Positions 33,004 through 44,868 of a DNA stretch of 64,000 nt are shown here, piece after piece. This DNA comes from an uncultured Nitrospinota bacterium (GTDB taxonomy: Bacteria; Tectomicrobia; Entotheonellia; J063; CAVPRW01). The translations under genes and the position numbers were made by a program. Where the stretch lies: NCBI GenBank assembly GCA_963707985.1, contig CAVPRW010000018.1:96001-160000 (forward strand). The letters run 5' to 3'. The notes beneath the pieces were generated by a model, which saw nothing but the letters and a program-made list of their open reading frames with translations, was not told the origin of the DNA and made no database searches. Every line of letters begins with the position of its first letter. Positions within the stretch are counted from its first letter, which is position 1.

Positions 33004-35734
33004 TCACACCTTCGCTGGACTCTGACCGAAAGCGGCTATTTTGCCGACCTCAAGCATATGCTCGCCGTCCAGTGCCCCGAATAGTTGGATGACCGTGCCC
33101 ACCAGTCCCGTCCAGCCCGTCTGATGGTTGGCCCCGAGCCCGGCGCCGTTGTCGCCGTGAAAGTACTCATAGAACAGGAGATGGTCGCGCCAGTGCGGGT
33201 CGGACTGGAACTTCTCGGTCCCGCCGTAGACGGGACGCTGGCCACGCTCGTTCCGCAGGAAAATACGCGTGAGGCGATCCGCAATTTCCTTGGCGACCTC
33301 GAAAAGGTTCATCAGGCGGCCGGAGCCAGTGGGACACTCGATCGTGAAGTTGTCCCCATAGTACAGGTAGAAGCTCAAGAGCGCTCGGATGATCAGGGCA
33401 TTCACCGGAAACCAGATCGGCCCCCGCCAGTTGGAGTTGCCGCCGAACATGCCGCTATCCGATTCCGCTGGTAAGTACTCGACGCGGTATTCCTGCCCCC
33501 CGACGTGGAACACGTAAGGATGCCGTTCGTGGAATTTGGAGAGCGAACGAATGCCGTAGGGGCTGAGAAACTCACCCTCGTCGAGCATCTTCGAGAGCAC
33601 TCGGCGCAGTCGCTCCTGGGTCATCAGAGCGAATATCCCTCGCTCGCCCACGCCAAGATGGCCTGGGCCGGTGGGATGGATAAAGCGCAGCAACTCCGGC
33701 ATCTGGCGCAGGCGCTCGCGAAACAGCGTGGTCACACTCGGGACGCTTTCCCGCTGCCACGGCTCCACCACCGAAGTGGCGCATAGCGGCAGAAGGCCCA
33801 CCAGGGAGCGCACCTTGAGCCGCGTGGCGCTGCCGTCAGGAAGCCGCAGAATATCGTAGTAAAAGCCGTCCTCCTCATCCCACATGCCGTCCTCGCCACT
33901 GCGATTCATGCCGGCCGCAATCCACAGAAAATGGTCGAGGAACTTCGCGACCAGGGACTCGTAGCGTCGGGTCGTGGGTGGCGAGCTCTACCGCCAGCTC
34001 GCCCATGTTTTGGCAGAAGAGAGCCATCCAGGCGGTGCCGTCGGCTTGCTCCAGATAGCCACCGGTGGGCAGCGGGGCGCTGCGATCGAAGACGCCGATG
34101 TTATCGAGACCGAGGAAGCCGCCCTCGAACACGTTCCTGTCGAAGCGGTCCTTACGGTTGACCCACCAGGTGAAGTTGAGGAGGAGCTTATGGAAAGCCG
34201 ACTTCAGGAATGCCAGGTCGACCTCGCCGCGCAAGGCCTCTTCATTGCGCGTGAGGAACAGCGTGGCCCAGGCATGGACCGGCGGGTTCACATCGCTAAA
34301 ATTCCACTCGTAGGCTGGGATCTGACCGTTGGGATGGAGGTAGAGCCCAGTGAGCACGAGGTCAAGCTGCTGCTTGGCGAAGTCGGGGTCAACGGCCGCC
34401 AAGGCGATGGTGTGAAACGCCAGATCCCAGGCAGCATACCAGGGGTACTCCCACTTGTCGGGCATGGAGATGATATCGTCATTGACCATGTGGAACCAGT
34501 CGCTGTTGCGGGAGGTACGGCTGGCCGGGTGGAGGGGATGAGCGCCATGATCCTCTAGCCAGGTGTCGGCATTGAAGTAATAATATTGTTTGCTCCATAG
34601 CATGCCGCCGAGGGCCTGGCGCATGACGTTGGCCGCATCCGCCGACGCCGAGGGGGGCGTCACGTCCCGATAAAATGCATCCGCCTCCTGCAGGCGCGCC
34701 TGGAACACCGCGTCGAACGTCTCGAAAGGATCGGCCAGCGGCCCCAGCGCCGTGCGCCTCAGGCGCAGCCGGACGACCTGCGTACCCCCCGCCTCGACGC
34801 TGAGCTGGTAGTGGGGCGAGGCTTTAGTGCCCTGATGCGCAGGATTCACCGCATCCTGCTGCCCGTGGACGATGGCGTTGTCGATGCCATCCTTCACGTA
34901 GGGGCTCGGGTTCGGGGTGCCGAAGAGCCTGGCTGTGTTGGTCTCGTTCTCGGTGAACAGCACTGGGACCGTGCCCTCGCAGAAGAGGTCGTAGTCGTCT
35001 AAGGACTCCTGGAACAGCGGGTCGGTGTGGTGCACGTGGATCACACGGTGCCTCGTGCCCTCGACGGCTTGAAGGATTGGCTTGGAGCCGCCGTCAGGCC
35101 ACGACCAGGTGTTGCGGAACCAGAGAGTTGGGAGCAGATGCATGAGCGCAGCTTCAGGCCCACGATTGTGGACGCTGATGCGAATCAACAAATCTTCCGG
35201 CGCCGCCTTGGCATACTCGACCACGACGTCGAAGTAGCGGTTGTCGTTGAAGATACCCGTGTCGAGGAGCTCATATTCCATCTCCTGCCGTGAGCGCCGG
35301 CGATTGGTTTCGACCAGGTTGCTATAGGGATAGGCCGCCTGGGGGTACTTGTACAGATACTTCATGTAGGAGTGGGTCGGCGTGCTGTCGAGGTAGAAGT
35401 AGTACTCCTTTACATCTTCGCCATGATTGCCTTCGCTATTAGTCAACCCGAACAGCCGCTCCTTGAGGATCGGATCCTTGCCGTTCCAGAGCGCCAGCGC
35501 AAAGCATAACACCTGATGGTCGTCACAGATTCCTGCCAGCCCATCCTCACCCCAGCGATAGGCGCGGGAGCGGGCCTGATCATGGGTGAAATAGTTCCAG
35601 GCGTCGCCGTTGTCGCTGTAATCCTCCCGCACGGTGCCCCACTGCCGCTCGCTCAAGTATGGGCCCCATTTGCGCCATGGTACATGTATTTCCCGCACCT
35701 CCTGCAAGCGCTCATGCTCTGTTGTAGTCGCCAT
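33004..35734 (-). CDS. GH63/MGH1-like glycoside hydrolase, +1 frameshift ~33963
   Basis: [47 protein letters not shown]. Confidence 0.88.
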
Positions 35735-35894
35735 CCTCTAGTCTCCCTATGATGCAGCGTAGAAGTGTGCTTGGTAATGCCAGCTGCCGGGTATGGTGCC
35801 ATGGTCGCAACCCTGACTGCAAGTCCATTATGCTGAGGATACGTCGGCCTAGACACCGAAATACACTCCGCCAATAACGCACGTATGAGCCTCT

Positions 35895-36575
35895 TCACCG
35901 AGAGCAGCGGTATGCGCTCGTTCCTGGCTGGCCAGGCTCAGCCGCCGGGAAGAGGAGCGTACGCGTGTGACGAGCGATCGTCAGATCCTCGTTGGTGGGA
36001 ACCACCCGCACCGTGCAGGCGCTCTGCGGCATGGAGATCACCTCAGCATGCACCGCATTCTGCTGGGGGTCGAGGGCGATGCCCAGATACGCCAGTCCCT
36101 GGCAAACTTCCCAGCGTACTGGGTCGGCGCTCGCCGATGCCACCGGTGAAGACCAGGGTATCGAGGCCGCCAAGCACCGCAGTCAGCGCACCGATGTACT
36201 TGCGGAGCTGGTAGCAAAAGAGCTCCACGGCCTGGGCCGCGTGTGGCTCGCGCCGCCGCTGCTCCAGCAGCGTCTTCATGGCGGGGCTCAAACCAGATAC
36301 CCCGAGCAGTCCCGCCTGCTGGTTCACCAACGCGTCAAGCTGGCTCGCGTCATAGCCCTTGTCATGCATGAAGTGAATGATCACCCCAGGATCGAGATCG
36401 CCGCTGCGAGTACCCATCATGATGCCGCCGGTCGGCGTAAAACCCATGCTGGTATCGAGTGGCTGACCGTTGTATACTGCCGCTAGGCTGGCGCCATTGC
36501 CTAGATGTGCGATAATCAGACGCCCCCGGACCGCAGTGCCGAGGCTTGCCACGATGTACTCATACGAGAGGCCAT
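35895..36575 (-). pseudogene. ackA: acetate kinase C-terminal half
   Basis: [43 protein letters not shown]. Confidence 0.85.
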
Positions 36576-37664
36576 GGATGTACTCTTTGTGCTCGATCAG
36601 CTTGTCGCGTACGGCCTGCATAGCATAGGCCGCAAGGTAGCCCAGCGTGGGCACGCATCGATGACGTCCTTCGACCACATGGAAACGGTCCAGATCCGTT
36701 CCGCACCACCATGTCGAACGGCGGTCGTGGTGGTGACTCCTCCTCTTTATAGCCGCGGACGTGGAGATTTTGGTGGATTCGTCCGGCGGTAGGTAAGGCG
36801 GTGGATCAGCCAGGGATAGCCGTGATAGGCGAAAATGATCGGTTTATCGGTGGTGAATAGAGCGTCGAAGTCACGCTCCGACAGGCCATGAGGATGCTCT
36901 TCCACCGGCTGGAGCACCATCAAATCCACCACGTTGACCACACGAATTTTGAGCTCCGGGATATGTCGGCGCAAGAGATCGACCGCCGCCAGGGTCTCCA
37001 GGGTGGGAATGTCGCCGCAGCAGGCCATCACCACATCGGGTTCCATGCCTCTGTCATTGCTCGCCCACTCCCAGATGCCGATGCCGGCAGTGCAGTGCTT
37101 GATGGCGGCGTCCATATCCAGGTACTGCAAGGCCGGTTGCTTGCCGGCGACGATCACGTTCACGTAATTACGGCTACGCAGACAATGATCGGTGACGGAG
37201 AGCAAAGTGTTGGCATCGGGAGGAAAGTACACCCGGATCACGTCAGCCTTCTTGTTCACCACATGATCGATGAAACCTGGGTCCTGATGGGAAAAGCCGT
37301 TATGGTCCTGGCGCCAGACATGCGAGCTTAGCAGATAGTTCAGCGAGGCAATCGGCCGCCGCCAGGGAATCTCGCTGTCAGTCACCTTGAGCCACTTGGC
37401 GTGTTGGTTGAACATGGAATCGACCACGTGTACGAAAGCCTCGTAGGTGTTCAACAACCCGTGGCGGCCGGTCAGTAGATAGCCTTCCAGCCAACCCTGG
37501 CAGGTATGCTCGCTGAGGATCTCCATCACCCGCCCGTCGGGGGACAGGTGGTCATCCTCAGGCAGCGTGTCGGCCACCCAGGTGCGCTCGGTCGTCTCAA
37601 AGAGGGGGGTGAGACGGTTCGAGGCCGTTTCATCGGGGCCAAACACCCGGAAATTCCGCTGCCC
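36576..37664 (-). pseudogene. xfp: phosphoketolase C-terminal half, with indels near the 3' end
   Basis: [38 protein letters not shown]. Confidence 0.9.
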
Positions 37665-37690
37665 TATAATGTACCTCCGATAGACCGTTC
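37665..37690 (+). mobile_element. isolated IS3-type end at the xfp truncation point
   Basis: TATAATGTACCTCCGA resembles the IS3 left end at 5166. Confidence 0.5.
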
Positions 37691-37983
37691 AGAGCGCCAG
37701 CAGTAAACCACGCATCTATCTGGCCGCGGTAGTGTCCGCTTCAATACCACTTCCGCACCAGATCGAAAACGGCACTCATGGCATGAGTACACCGGCGCAT
37801 GCAGCCTTTAACAAGAACCCCTTGAGAGGTGCCATCGCGTGCTTTTGGCTTGACACGAGCTCAGGTCTGCAGTACTGACACACCATGCATGGAATGTGTC
37901 CGTCGACACGAAGGCGCGTCGCCCAACAGGCCTGACGACGCCGGGGTGGGAGCGGGAGCTGAAGTCATACGGAGGCCCACACG

Positions 37984-38409
37984 ATGATGCCAGAGTTGTC
38001 ACCGACATTGCAAACCATGGTCGAGCAATCAGACCTACTGCGGCTGGCCTTTGTCGATCGCCAGGGCTATCCGCGTGTGGTGCCGGTGTGGTTTGTGGCG
38101 ATCGACGGCGCCTACTACATCGGCATCGGCACCACCAGCGCCAAGTGGAAAGCCATGCAGCGCAGCCCCCGCGTTGGCTGGGTCATCGATGGTGGAACGC
38201 GGGGTCACTACCAGGGTGTCTCCATACGTGGCCTTGCCGAAGAGGTGCGCGAGGCCACTTGGCGTGCCAGGGTCTATGAGGCGCTGGGAAAGAAGTATTT
38301 CGGGGCCGCCGATGATGCGGAATTCATCAACATCTTTGGGTTGGTCGATGATCCTGAATCGGTCTATGTACGACTGATCCCTGATGCTGCGCTGACATGG
38401 GAGCATTGA
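37984..38409 (+). CDS. pyridoxamine 5'-phosphate oxidase-like protein
   Basis: GYPRVVPVWF, K...RSPRV. Confidence 0.8.
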   Translation: MMPELSPTLQTMVEQSDLLRLAFVDRQGYPRVVPVWFVAIDGAYYIGIGTTSAKWKAMQRSPRVGWVIDGGTRGHYQGVSIRGLAEEVREATWRARVYEALGKKYFGAADDAEFINIFGLVDDPESVYVRLIPDAALTWEH

Positions 38410-38414
38410 GCCGT

Positions 38415-39446
38415 ATGCCTGACCTGACCCGACTGACCCTTGAGCAGGTGCACGCCCTAGTGTTGCAGGTGTTATGTGCCCAGGGTGTCTCGGACCCCCA
38501 TGCGCGAGCCATTGCTGACACCATTACGGCGGCGGAACGGGATGACTGTAGGTCTCATGGCTTGTTCCGTCTGCCGGGTTATGTTAGGTCGGTGCAGAGC
38601 GGCAAGGTGACCCCCGACGCGGTACCCCAGGTGCACGAACTGGCGCCGGCAGTCGTGCAGGTGGATGGTCAGAATGGTTTTGCGCCATTGGCGCTGCAGA
38701 TCGGTTCTACGCCACTGGCAGAGAAGGCACGCCGTCACGGCATCGCCGCCCTGGCGGTGACACGAATCTATCATTTTGCCGCCTTATGGCCAGAGGTCGA
38801 GGCGCTCGCAGCGCAAGGCCTGGTGGCGCTCGCCTGCACCGCCGCCATGAGCTATGTGGCGCCGGCGGGAGGAAGCAAGCCGCTCTACGGTACGAACCCG
38901 ATGGCGTTCGCCTGGCCGCGGCCTGGGCATCCGCCCTTGGTCTTCGATCAGGCGTCGAGCGCCAGTGCACGCGGCGAAATCCAGCTCCATCTCCGCGATG
39001 GCCGCCCCATTCCGGCGGGCTGGGCCATTGATGCTGCGGGACATTCCACCACCGATCCAGCCGCAGCGCTGGCCGGTGCCCAACTGCCATTTGGTGGCTA
39101 CAAGGGAGCGGCGATCGCGCTGATGATTGAATTACTCGCGGGCGCGCTGATCGGCGAGGTGTTCAGCTTTGAGGCCTCAGCGCTGGATAACAACGATGGC
39201 GGGCCTCCTGTCGGAGGTGAGTTGATCATCGCCCTTGATCCGGCACGCTGTCTTGGGCATGGTGACCGGAAGGGACAGCTCGCGCATGCTGAACGCCTGT
39301 TTACCAAGGTCCTGGCGCAAGAGGGGACGCGCTTACCGTCGGATCGGCGCTATGCCGCACGGCAGCGCACGCCGACGCAAGGGATTACCATTCCACGGGC
39401 GCTGTATGAGGAGTTACAACAGTTGGCTATGCGCCAGACCTCATAA
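38415..39446 (+). CDS. Ldh_2 family (malate/lactate/sulfolactate/DpkA-like) oxidoreductase
   Basis: SHGLFRLPGY, HFAALW, GTNPMAF, PFGGYKG. Confidence 0.92.
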   Translation: MPDLTRLTLEQVHALVLQVLCAQGVSDPHARAIADTITAAERDDCRSHGLFRLPGYVRSVQSGKVTPDAVPQVHELAPAVVQVDGQNGFAPLALQIGSTPLAEKARRHGIAALAVTRIYHFAALWPEVEALAAQGLVALACTAAMSYVAPAGGSKPLYGTNPMAFAWPRPGHPPLVFDQASSASARGEIQLHLRDGRPIPAGWAIDAAGHSTTDPAAALAGAQLPFGGYKGAAIALMIELLAGALIGEVFSFEASALDNNDGGPPVGGELIIALDPARCLGHGDRKGQLAHAERLFTKVLAQEGTRLPSDRRYAARQRTPTQGITIPRALYEELQQLAMRQTS

Positions 39447-39481
39447 AACCGCAATAGAACTGGAGCAGTATTGAGTCTCCG

Positions 39482-39958
39482 TCAAGCTCTGTCAAAGGGT
39501 GGCGCCCCTCTGCGCGCCATCTCCTCCAGCTCATGTAGCGCCTGCATGGCGGCCTCATACGCTTCGGGCTCGCGTACATCCAGCTCCAGGGCAGCAAATT
39601 CATCGAGGTCGAGCCTCAGCAACTGTTGGCGATCTGGTGCCACAAATAAATCCAGTTCCAGGTCCTCGGAGGTGACCACGTCGCCTTCAAAGCAGGCGGG
39701 GCGGGTGATATTGCAGTACCATCCCTTGAGAACACCCTCGGCACTCCGCACTTCGAAGATGTTATACCAACGTGCACTATAGTAGTGCTCGAAGAAATGG
39801 TCTCCAGGGGCGAAGACCACGTAGCCCAGGTCCATCGCCCGGCGTTCCCAGCGCGCGTGTACCAGCATGTGCCCCGGCTCTTCTAGCAAGATCGCGCCTT
39901 CGTAGATGACGGTCCTCTGTTTGCGCGGTTTGACAAGATGCACTTTGATCTGTTGCAT
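39482..39958 (-). CDS. DUF402 protein
   Basis: WYNIF, GWYCNI, DLELD, DLDEF. Confidence 0.85.
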   Translation of the reverse strand: MQQIKVHLVKPRKQRTVIYEGAILLEEPGHMLVHARWERRAMDLGYVVFAPGDHFFEHYYSARWYNIFEVRSAEGVLKGWYCNITRPACFEGDVVTSEDLELDLFVAPDRQQLLRLDLDEFAALELDVREPEAYEAAMQALHELEEMARRGAPPFDRA

Positions 39959-40135
39959 GAGTTTCCCTGGAGCACGTATTTGCTCTGGACATCGACATTT
40001 TCACAGGGTACAACTGCACATGACACGGCCGTTATCTCTGTGGTGAGACATGCGAAGCTGGGAGCTTTATACACCTTTTGACAGATGAGCGGCAAGCGGG
40101 AAAGCGGCGGAAGTACGCGGCATGCGGGCAGCCGC

Positions 40136-40322
40136 AACATGAAAAACGGCCTCGCCATGATGATTCATGCGGCTGGGGCGATTGGGGACTTAGGGATCCA
40201 AACTCGCCGGCGACGTTGTCATCGCCTATGTCCTGGCTGAGCTACAAGGCGGCCTGAGGACCAAATACCTCCTCGAGCACGGCTATAAAACGGATGTCGC
40301 GGTCGTCACCGAACCCTTGGGG
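40136..40322 (+). pseudogene. M20/ArgE-like peptidase fragment
   Basis: NMKNGLA...LAGDVVIAYVLAELQGG...AVVTEP. Confidence 0.55.
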
Positions 40323-40424
40323 TCTCAGGGGAAGGGGGTTTCGGATGGGTCAAGCAGGAGAGGGTCTGAGGCGGGCGAGGTATTTGGCTTGATTACCTCG
40401 CTCACCTCAGCTCTGCATCAGTAG

Positions 40425-41499
40425 TTATGATATCTGGTTTCCAAAAAATTCCGCCATGATCGTTTCACACCACGTTTCCTGGGCTCTAAACCAATCCTCA
40501 TCGGCATAGGTTTTCCACTTTTCCCTGGACGGTTCAGCGATCAATGATCTCAGGGCTCCGAGGTCATAATTTTCTATGTTCAAGCGCGAGAATAAGTCTG
40601 CTAATTGCTTTTCTGGCTCATCCAGGAGAGATTCATAGGAGAGGGAGTAATCCGAATACTTCACGCCAAATAGATAGGAGAGCTTCCACACCAAATAAAA
40701 CATTTGGTAGGCATGAGTCATCCTCGATTCGTCGAGGAATGGGAAGTGATATTTGAGATCATGGGCCCATCCCCGCAAATAAAATTTGTCGTGGGGAGAA
40801 AAGCCGGCCATGTGACGCATCCTTTGGGTAACACGCCACATCCATAAGGGTCGAGCACCACTGCTCCCTCGGATGCCGATACAGATGAACGATTGAGGCG
40901 TGAGGAAAGTGGTGTCGGAACCAGGGGAGACGGAAATCGATGCGGTTGAACTGCAAGACTGGCCTGGCGCGTGCCTTTTCGATAAGCCGCTCAACATACT
41001 GCTTCATCTGAGGATCCCACATTTCACCATCCATCAGCAAGTCTTTACTGATCCACTCCAGTCGATAGAATTGGCCAAGTTCCTCGAGTCCTTCGTACTC
41101 TCGCCAATAGTCATCAACATGTCTATGCGTTGTATCGATGCGGTCGCCCCGTGAGGATGGATCAAACCAGCGCCGCTCGTTGAACGGCTCATAGTACGCG
41201 GTCATCCCATCGACGTGACGGAATAAATTCCAGAGCAGCGTCGAGCCACTGCGAAACCGCGCGGTGATGAAAATGGCATCATCGCGATGGCTGATCCGAC
41301 CGTGCAGGTTATTCTTCATGAGCCCTGCATACGGTGGGATCAAGGCGTGCAGGTCCCTGGAGGAGAGATGCGCATGACCTCGCTTGGGCGGCCGCATAGT
41401 CTCCTCACGGAGATCCTGGACGGCCGTGCTCTCCACCATTCTCCTGAGAGCGGAGAGGACACTCTTCTTCACAAGTCCTGAAACGAATTCTGAAAGCAT
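40425..41499 (-). CDS. sulfotransferase-family protein, +1 frameshift ~40812
   Basis: FITARFRSGSTLL (5'-PSB), HLYRHPR (3'-PB), SYESLLDEP. Confidence 0.78.
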
Positions 41500-41907
41500 G
41501 GCCTTTCCTCTTCCAAATGTTCCATTCTTATACCCCGTCCCGATTCTGGAGGGACTGGCACTGCGCAGAGCATTGCCTGACCACGGTCAAGAGCCTTGAT
41601 AGTCGAGCAGTATTAGACAAGCTTTTACGTACCTGTATGATTGCGCCACTAGGAGCCTTTTGATCGAGAGCCTGTTATGTAAATCGGCTGCCAGGCACGG
41701 TACTTGATTGACGTATGAGGCTCGGCAGGACAGGACCAAGGCTTCCTGACGACCGCACCGGAGACGGGACCGTCAGGCCCACAGTCACCCACCCCCATCC
41801 CCAAGATTAGCGTTGACGCCGCCGGCCAGCCCGATTACACTCGCGCCCACGCATCTGCATGAAACAGGTATGCTTGAGCCGAATGCGCAGACCAGAGGAG
41901 GGGTACG

Positions 41908-42330
41908 ATGCCATATCAGAAAGCTGTCCTGAGCTTGGATGACGCGCAACGAGCCATGGCGCTCATGCTTCAAGAAGCCGGCAAGGCGCCGAATCGTCCG
42001 CTCGCCATCGCTATTGTTGACGATCAGGGCGAATTAGTCAGCTATGCCCGCATGGACAAGTGCGCACCGCAGCCACCGATCATTGCCAGGAAGAAGGCCT
42101 ACACGGCGGCTCGGACGCGCAGCGACACCGTCGCGTATGCGGAGCGCTTAAAGGGCCAGGGACGGTCCGTGACCGAATTCGGGGATCCCAACCTGCTCGC
42201 CTTACAGGGCGGTGTGGTGATCATCAACCCGGCCGATCAGAGCGTGCTTGGTGGGATTGGGGTAAGCGGCCTCGCGGCGGAGGAAGATGAAGCCCTCGCC
42301 AAGATGGGACTGAAAGCGATCGTGGGATAG
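41908..42330 (+). CDS. GlcG/HbpS-like heme-binding protein
   Basis: AIVDDQG, ARKKAYTA, GGIGVSG. Confidence 0.9.
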   Translation: MPYQKAVLSLDDAQRAMALMLQEAGKAPNRPLAIAIVDDQGELVSYARMDKCAPQPPIIARKKAYTAARTRSDTVAYAERLKGQGRSVTEFGDPNLLALQGGVVIINPADQSVLGGIGVSGLAAEEDEALAKMGLKAIVG

Positions 42331-42587
42331 CCAGGCACAGGCGTCGCAGACCGGGGGCATAAGTGCCCCTGGTCCATCCCCTCATGTCTGCTTCCCCCTT
42401 CGGCCGCGACGGCCCACGCATCAGCATGAGTTGTCTTGACAAATCCAGCCGATATTCCTATGCTCGCACCCCTGCATCACACCTGCGATACTGTCCCTCG
42501 GAGGGGCCAATTTCGGAGTCAAAACGTCGAGAAGCGGAGGCAGGAGGATGCCCATCCCGGCACTCTGCTACTCATTGGAGATGACTT

Positions 42588-43797
42588 ATGTATGATCTCG
42601 TCCTCAAAGGTGGTACCGTGGTGGACCCCTCGATGAGCCTCCACGGCGTATACGATATTGCGGTCCAAGATGGCAGGATTGCGAGCATCGCGTCGACGAT
42701 CGCTCGCGAGGAGGCGACTCGCGTGCTGGAGGTCGCGGGCTCGCTGGTCACGCCCGGCTTGATCGACCTCCATGCCCACGTCTTCGAAGGGTTTAATGGC
42801 AACGGGGTGCATCCCGACCTCGGAGGGGTGTACGCCGGGGTGACTACGATCGTGGACGCAGGCAGCTCTGGCTGCGCTACATTCCGCGGCTTCCCACGCC
42901 ATATCATCCCTGAGTGCCACACCGAGATTATCCCCTTTTTGCACATCTGCCAGACGGGGCTGGCGACCAGTCCGGATATCATCGCTGAAGGCAGCATCGA
43001 CCTCGAAGGCACCTTACGCGTGGCCGACCAATATAAGGGGCTGATCTGCGGTATCAAGGCCCGTATGGTGTCACCCGCGCTGGAGATCCTCGGCATGGAG
43101 ATGCCCCGGCTGGCCAAGCGCGCCGCCCGCGAGAGCGGTATTAAGCTGATGGTACACATCGGCGATACGGAGAAGCGCTACGATCCGAATGTGATCCGCT
43201 CCTTATTACCGCTCCTGGACGACGGCGACATTCTCACCCATTACTTTACCGCCAATCCTGGGGGCGTGCTGGATGCCAATGGTCGGCTGGTGCCTGAAGC
43301 CCGGGAGGCCGCAGCGCGGGGGGTGTGGCTTGATACCGCGCATGGGCGAAGCAACTTCAGCTTTGACGTCGGACGTCGCTGTATCGATCAAGGGCTTTTG
43401 CCACACTGTATCAGTACCGATCTGACGGTGCCTGGACGTCTCAATACAGTCCATAGCATGACAGAAATGATGACGCGGTTTCTGGGGCTGGGGTTCACCC
43501 TGGAGCAAGTCATCACCATGTGTACGGCCAACCCGGCCAAAGCCATCGGGGCGGCGGATCGGCTAGGAAGCCTGGGGGTGGGACGGCAGGCGGACGTTTC
43601 GGTGCTGCAGATTCACGACGGGGACTGGGTGGTATACGACGTGCTGGGCGCCAGTTTACGCGTCACGCAGGCCGTCGTGCCGGTGTTGACCGTGAAGCGC
43701 GGCGAGGTGTTCATGCGCGACTGGGGTCCGCGGCCTTGGGGCTGGGAGCCGGATCCTGCGCCATTGGGAGAGACGCACCTTCAAAAGCTGCTGCTAG
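42588..43797 (+). CDS. dihydroorotase-like amidohydrolase/deacetylase; natural stop probably TAG 43795-43797 after a +1 shift
   Basis: PGLIDLHAH, DAGSSG, ISTD, TANPAKAIG. Confidence 0.85.
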
Positions 43798-43835
43798 GCA
43801 TCAATAGGCCTGGAACCCATGAGAGGAGGTGCCGC

Positions 43836-44411
43836 ATGGCGGCCCATACCGACCCCAACCAGGTGCGCTTGACGGGGGAGAACCAGTACATGCGTCTGCA
43901 TACTGAAGAGAATGGTCCGATGACCACGCGTGCCAGCCACTGGCGTATCCTCCTCTCGCCCGCTGGTCCTGGCCACGTGCTGTTCCTGCGCAGCGATGTG
44001 ACCGAGGATGAGAGCCGCATCTATTCGGACAACATCGCCCTCGCGCGCTGGCTTCAACAGGAAGTTCTCAGCGCTGGCGAGTTCTCCGATCAAACACTTC
44101 CGGTCATCGACGCTGTGTTCTCCAGATCAGGTGATACACGCGCCTTCTGGACGGAAATCGTCGAGACACCGGATGAGGACATTGCCCTCACCTGGTACGA
44201 TTTCGGCGAAGCCTTTGTGATCAGCGTCCCAGTTGGCAGCGTTCCCGAACGGCCACTGGGGTGGACCAGCGTCTTCGTGCCTGCCCGACGAGTGCAACTC
44301 ACGCTGAACGGCCGCATAGCCAGCGGGCGACCCTTTCCCGAGCCGCGTGGCGATCGCATGAGCAGCACAGCCGGCTTGGCCTTATCGGAGACTTGGCTGC
44401 GCCCGTCCTAA
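43836..44411 (+). CDS. hypothetical protein
   Basis: Own GAGGAGG RBS and ATG inside ORF 42588..44411. Confidence 0.7.
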   Translation: MAAHTDPNQVRLTGENQYMRLHTEENGPMTTRASHWRILLSPAGPGHVLFLRSDVTEDESRIYSDNIALARWLQQEVLSAGEFSDQTLPVIDAVFSRSGDTRAFWTEIVETPDEDIALTWYDFGEAFVISVPVGSVPERPLGWTSVFVPARRVQLTLNGRIASGRPFPEPRGDRMSSTAGLALSETWLRPS

Positions 44412-44868
44412 CCGGTGCGATTAGTGCATCGTGCCGCCAGGGTGACAGATCCCGCATCCGGCGCCACCCTGGACGTTTATCCTCTGCATAAATTCGCACA
44501 TCGTGCTCAATGCTGAACAGCTCGCGGTCCAGGTGGCTGTTGTGAGCCCTCACGCCACCTTATCGCGACCGCTTCAGCCGTGAGCTGTGTACACATCCGC
44601 ACATCTTTATTATCTCACCAGACTTCGTCGTAGGGACATCTCGCGCCATGAGCCATGAAGGCGGGACGTCGGGCACCCAGGCATCGTTCTTGCGCATAGA
44701 GACGGTTGAACACGATGCAGCATGCCCATGAACTCCTGGGGGCAGTCTCCTCGATCGCCTCCTCTATGGCAGCCTATAAGATGGCGCTGGAGGGCTGGGC
44801 AACGTCGGATCTTGCCAGTGAATGAGTGCATAAATGCTGAGAGGTTACCCTTGGCTAGGAGACTTAGG

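Noticed and set aside
40319..40356. Tn3-like inverted repeat (GGGGTC...), also at ~9760
   Set aside because: Only the terminal GGGG and approximate length fit; no matching partner found
42588..44411. 607-aa amidohydrolase fusion protein
   Set aside because: An internal RBS and ATG at 43836 and an out-of-frame ...SCC-TAG end at 43797 indicate two genes joined by a +1 shift
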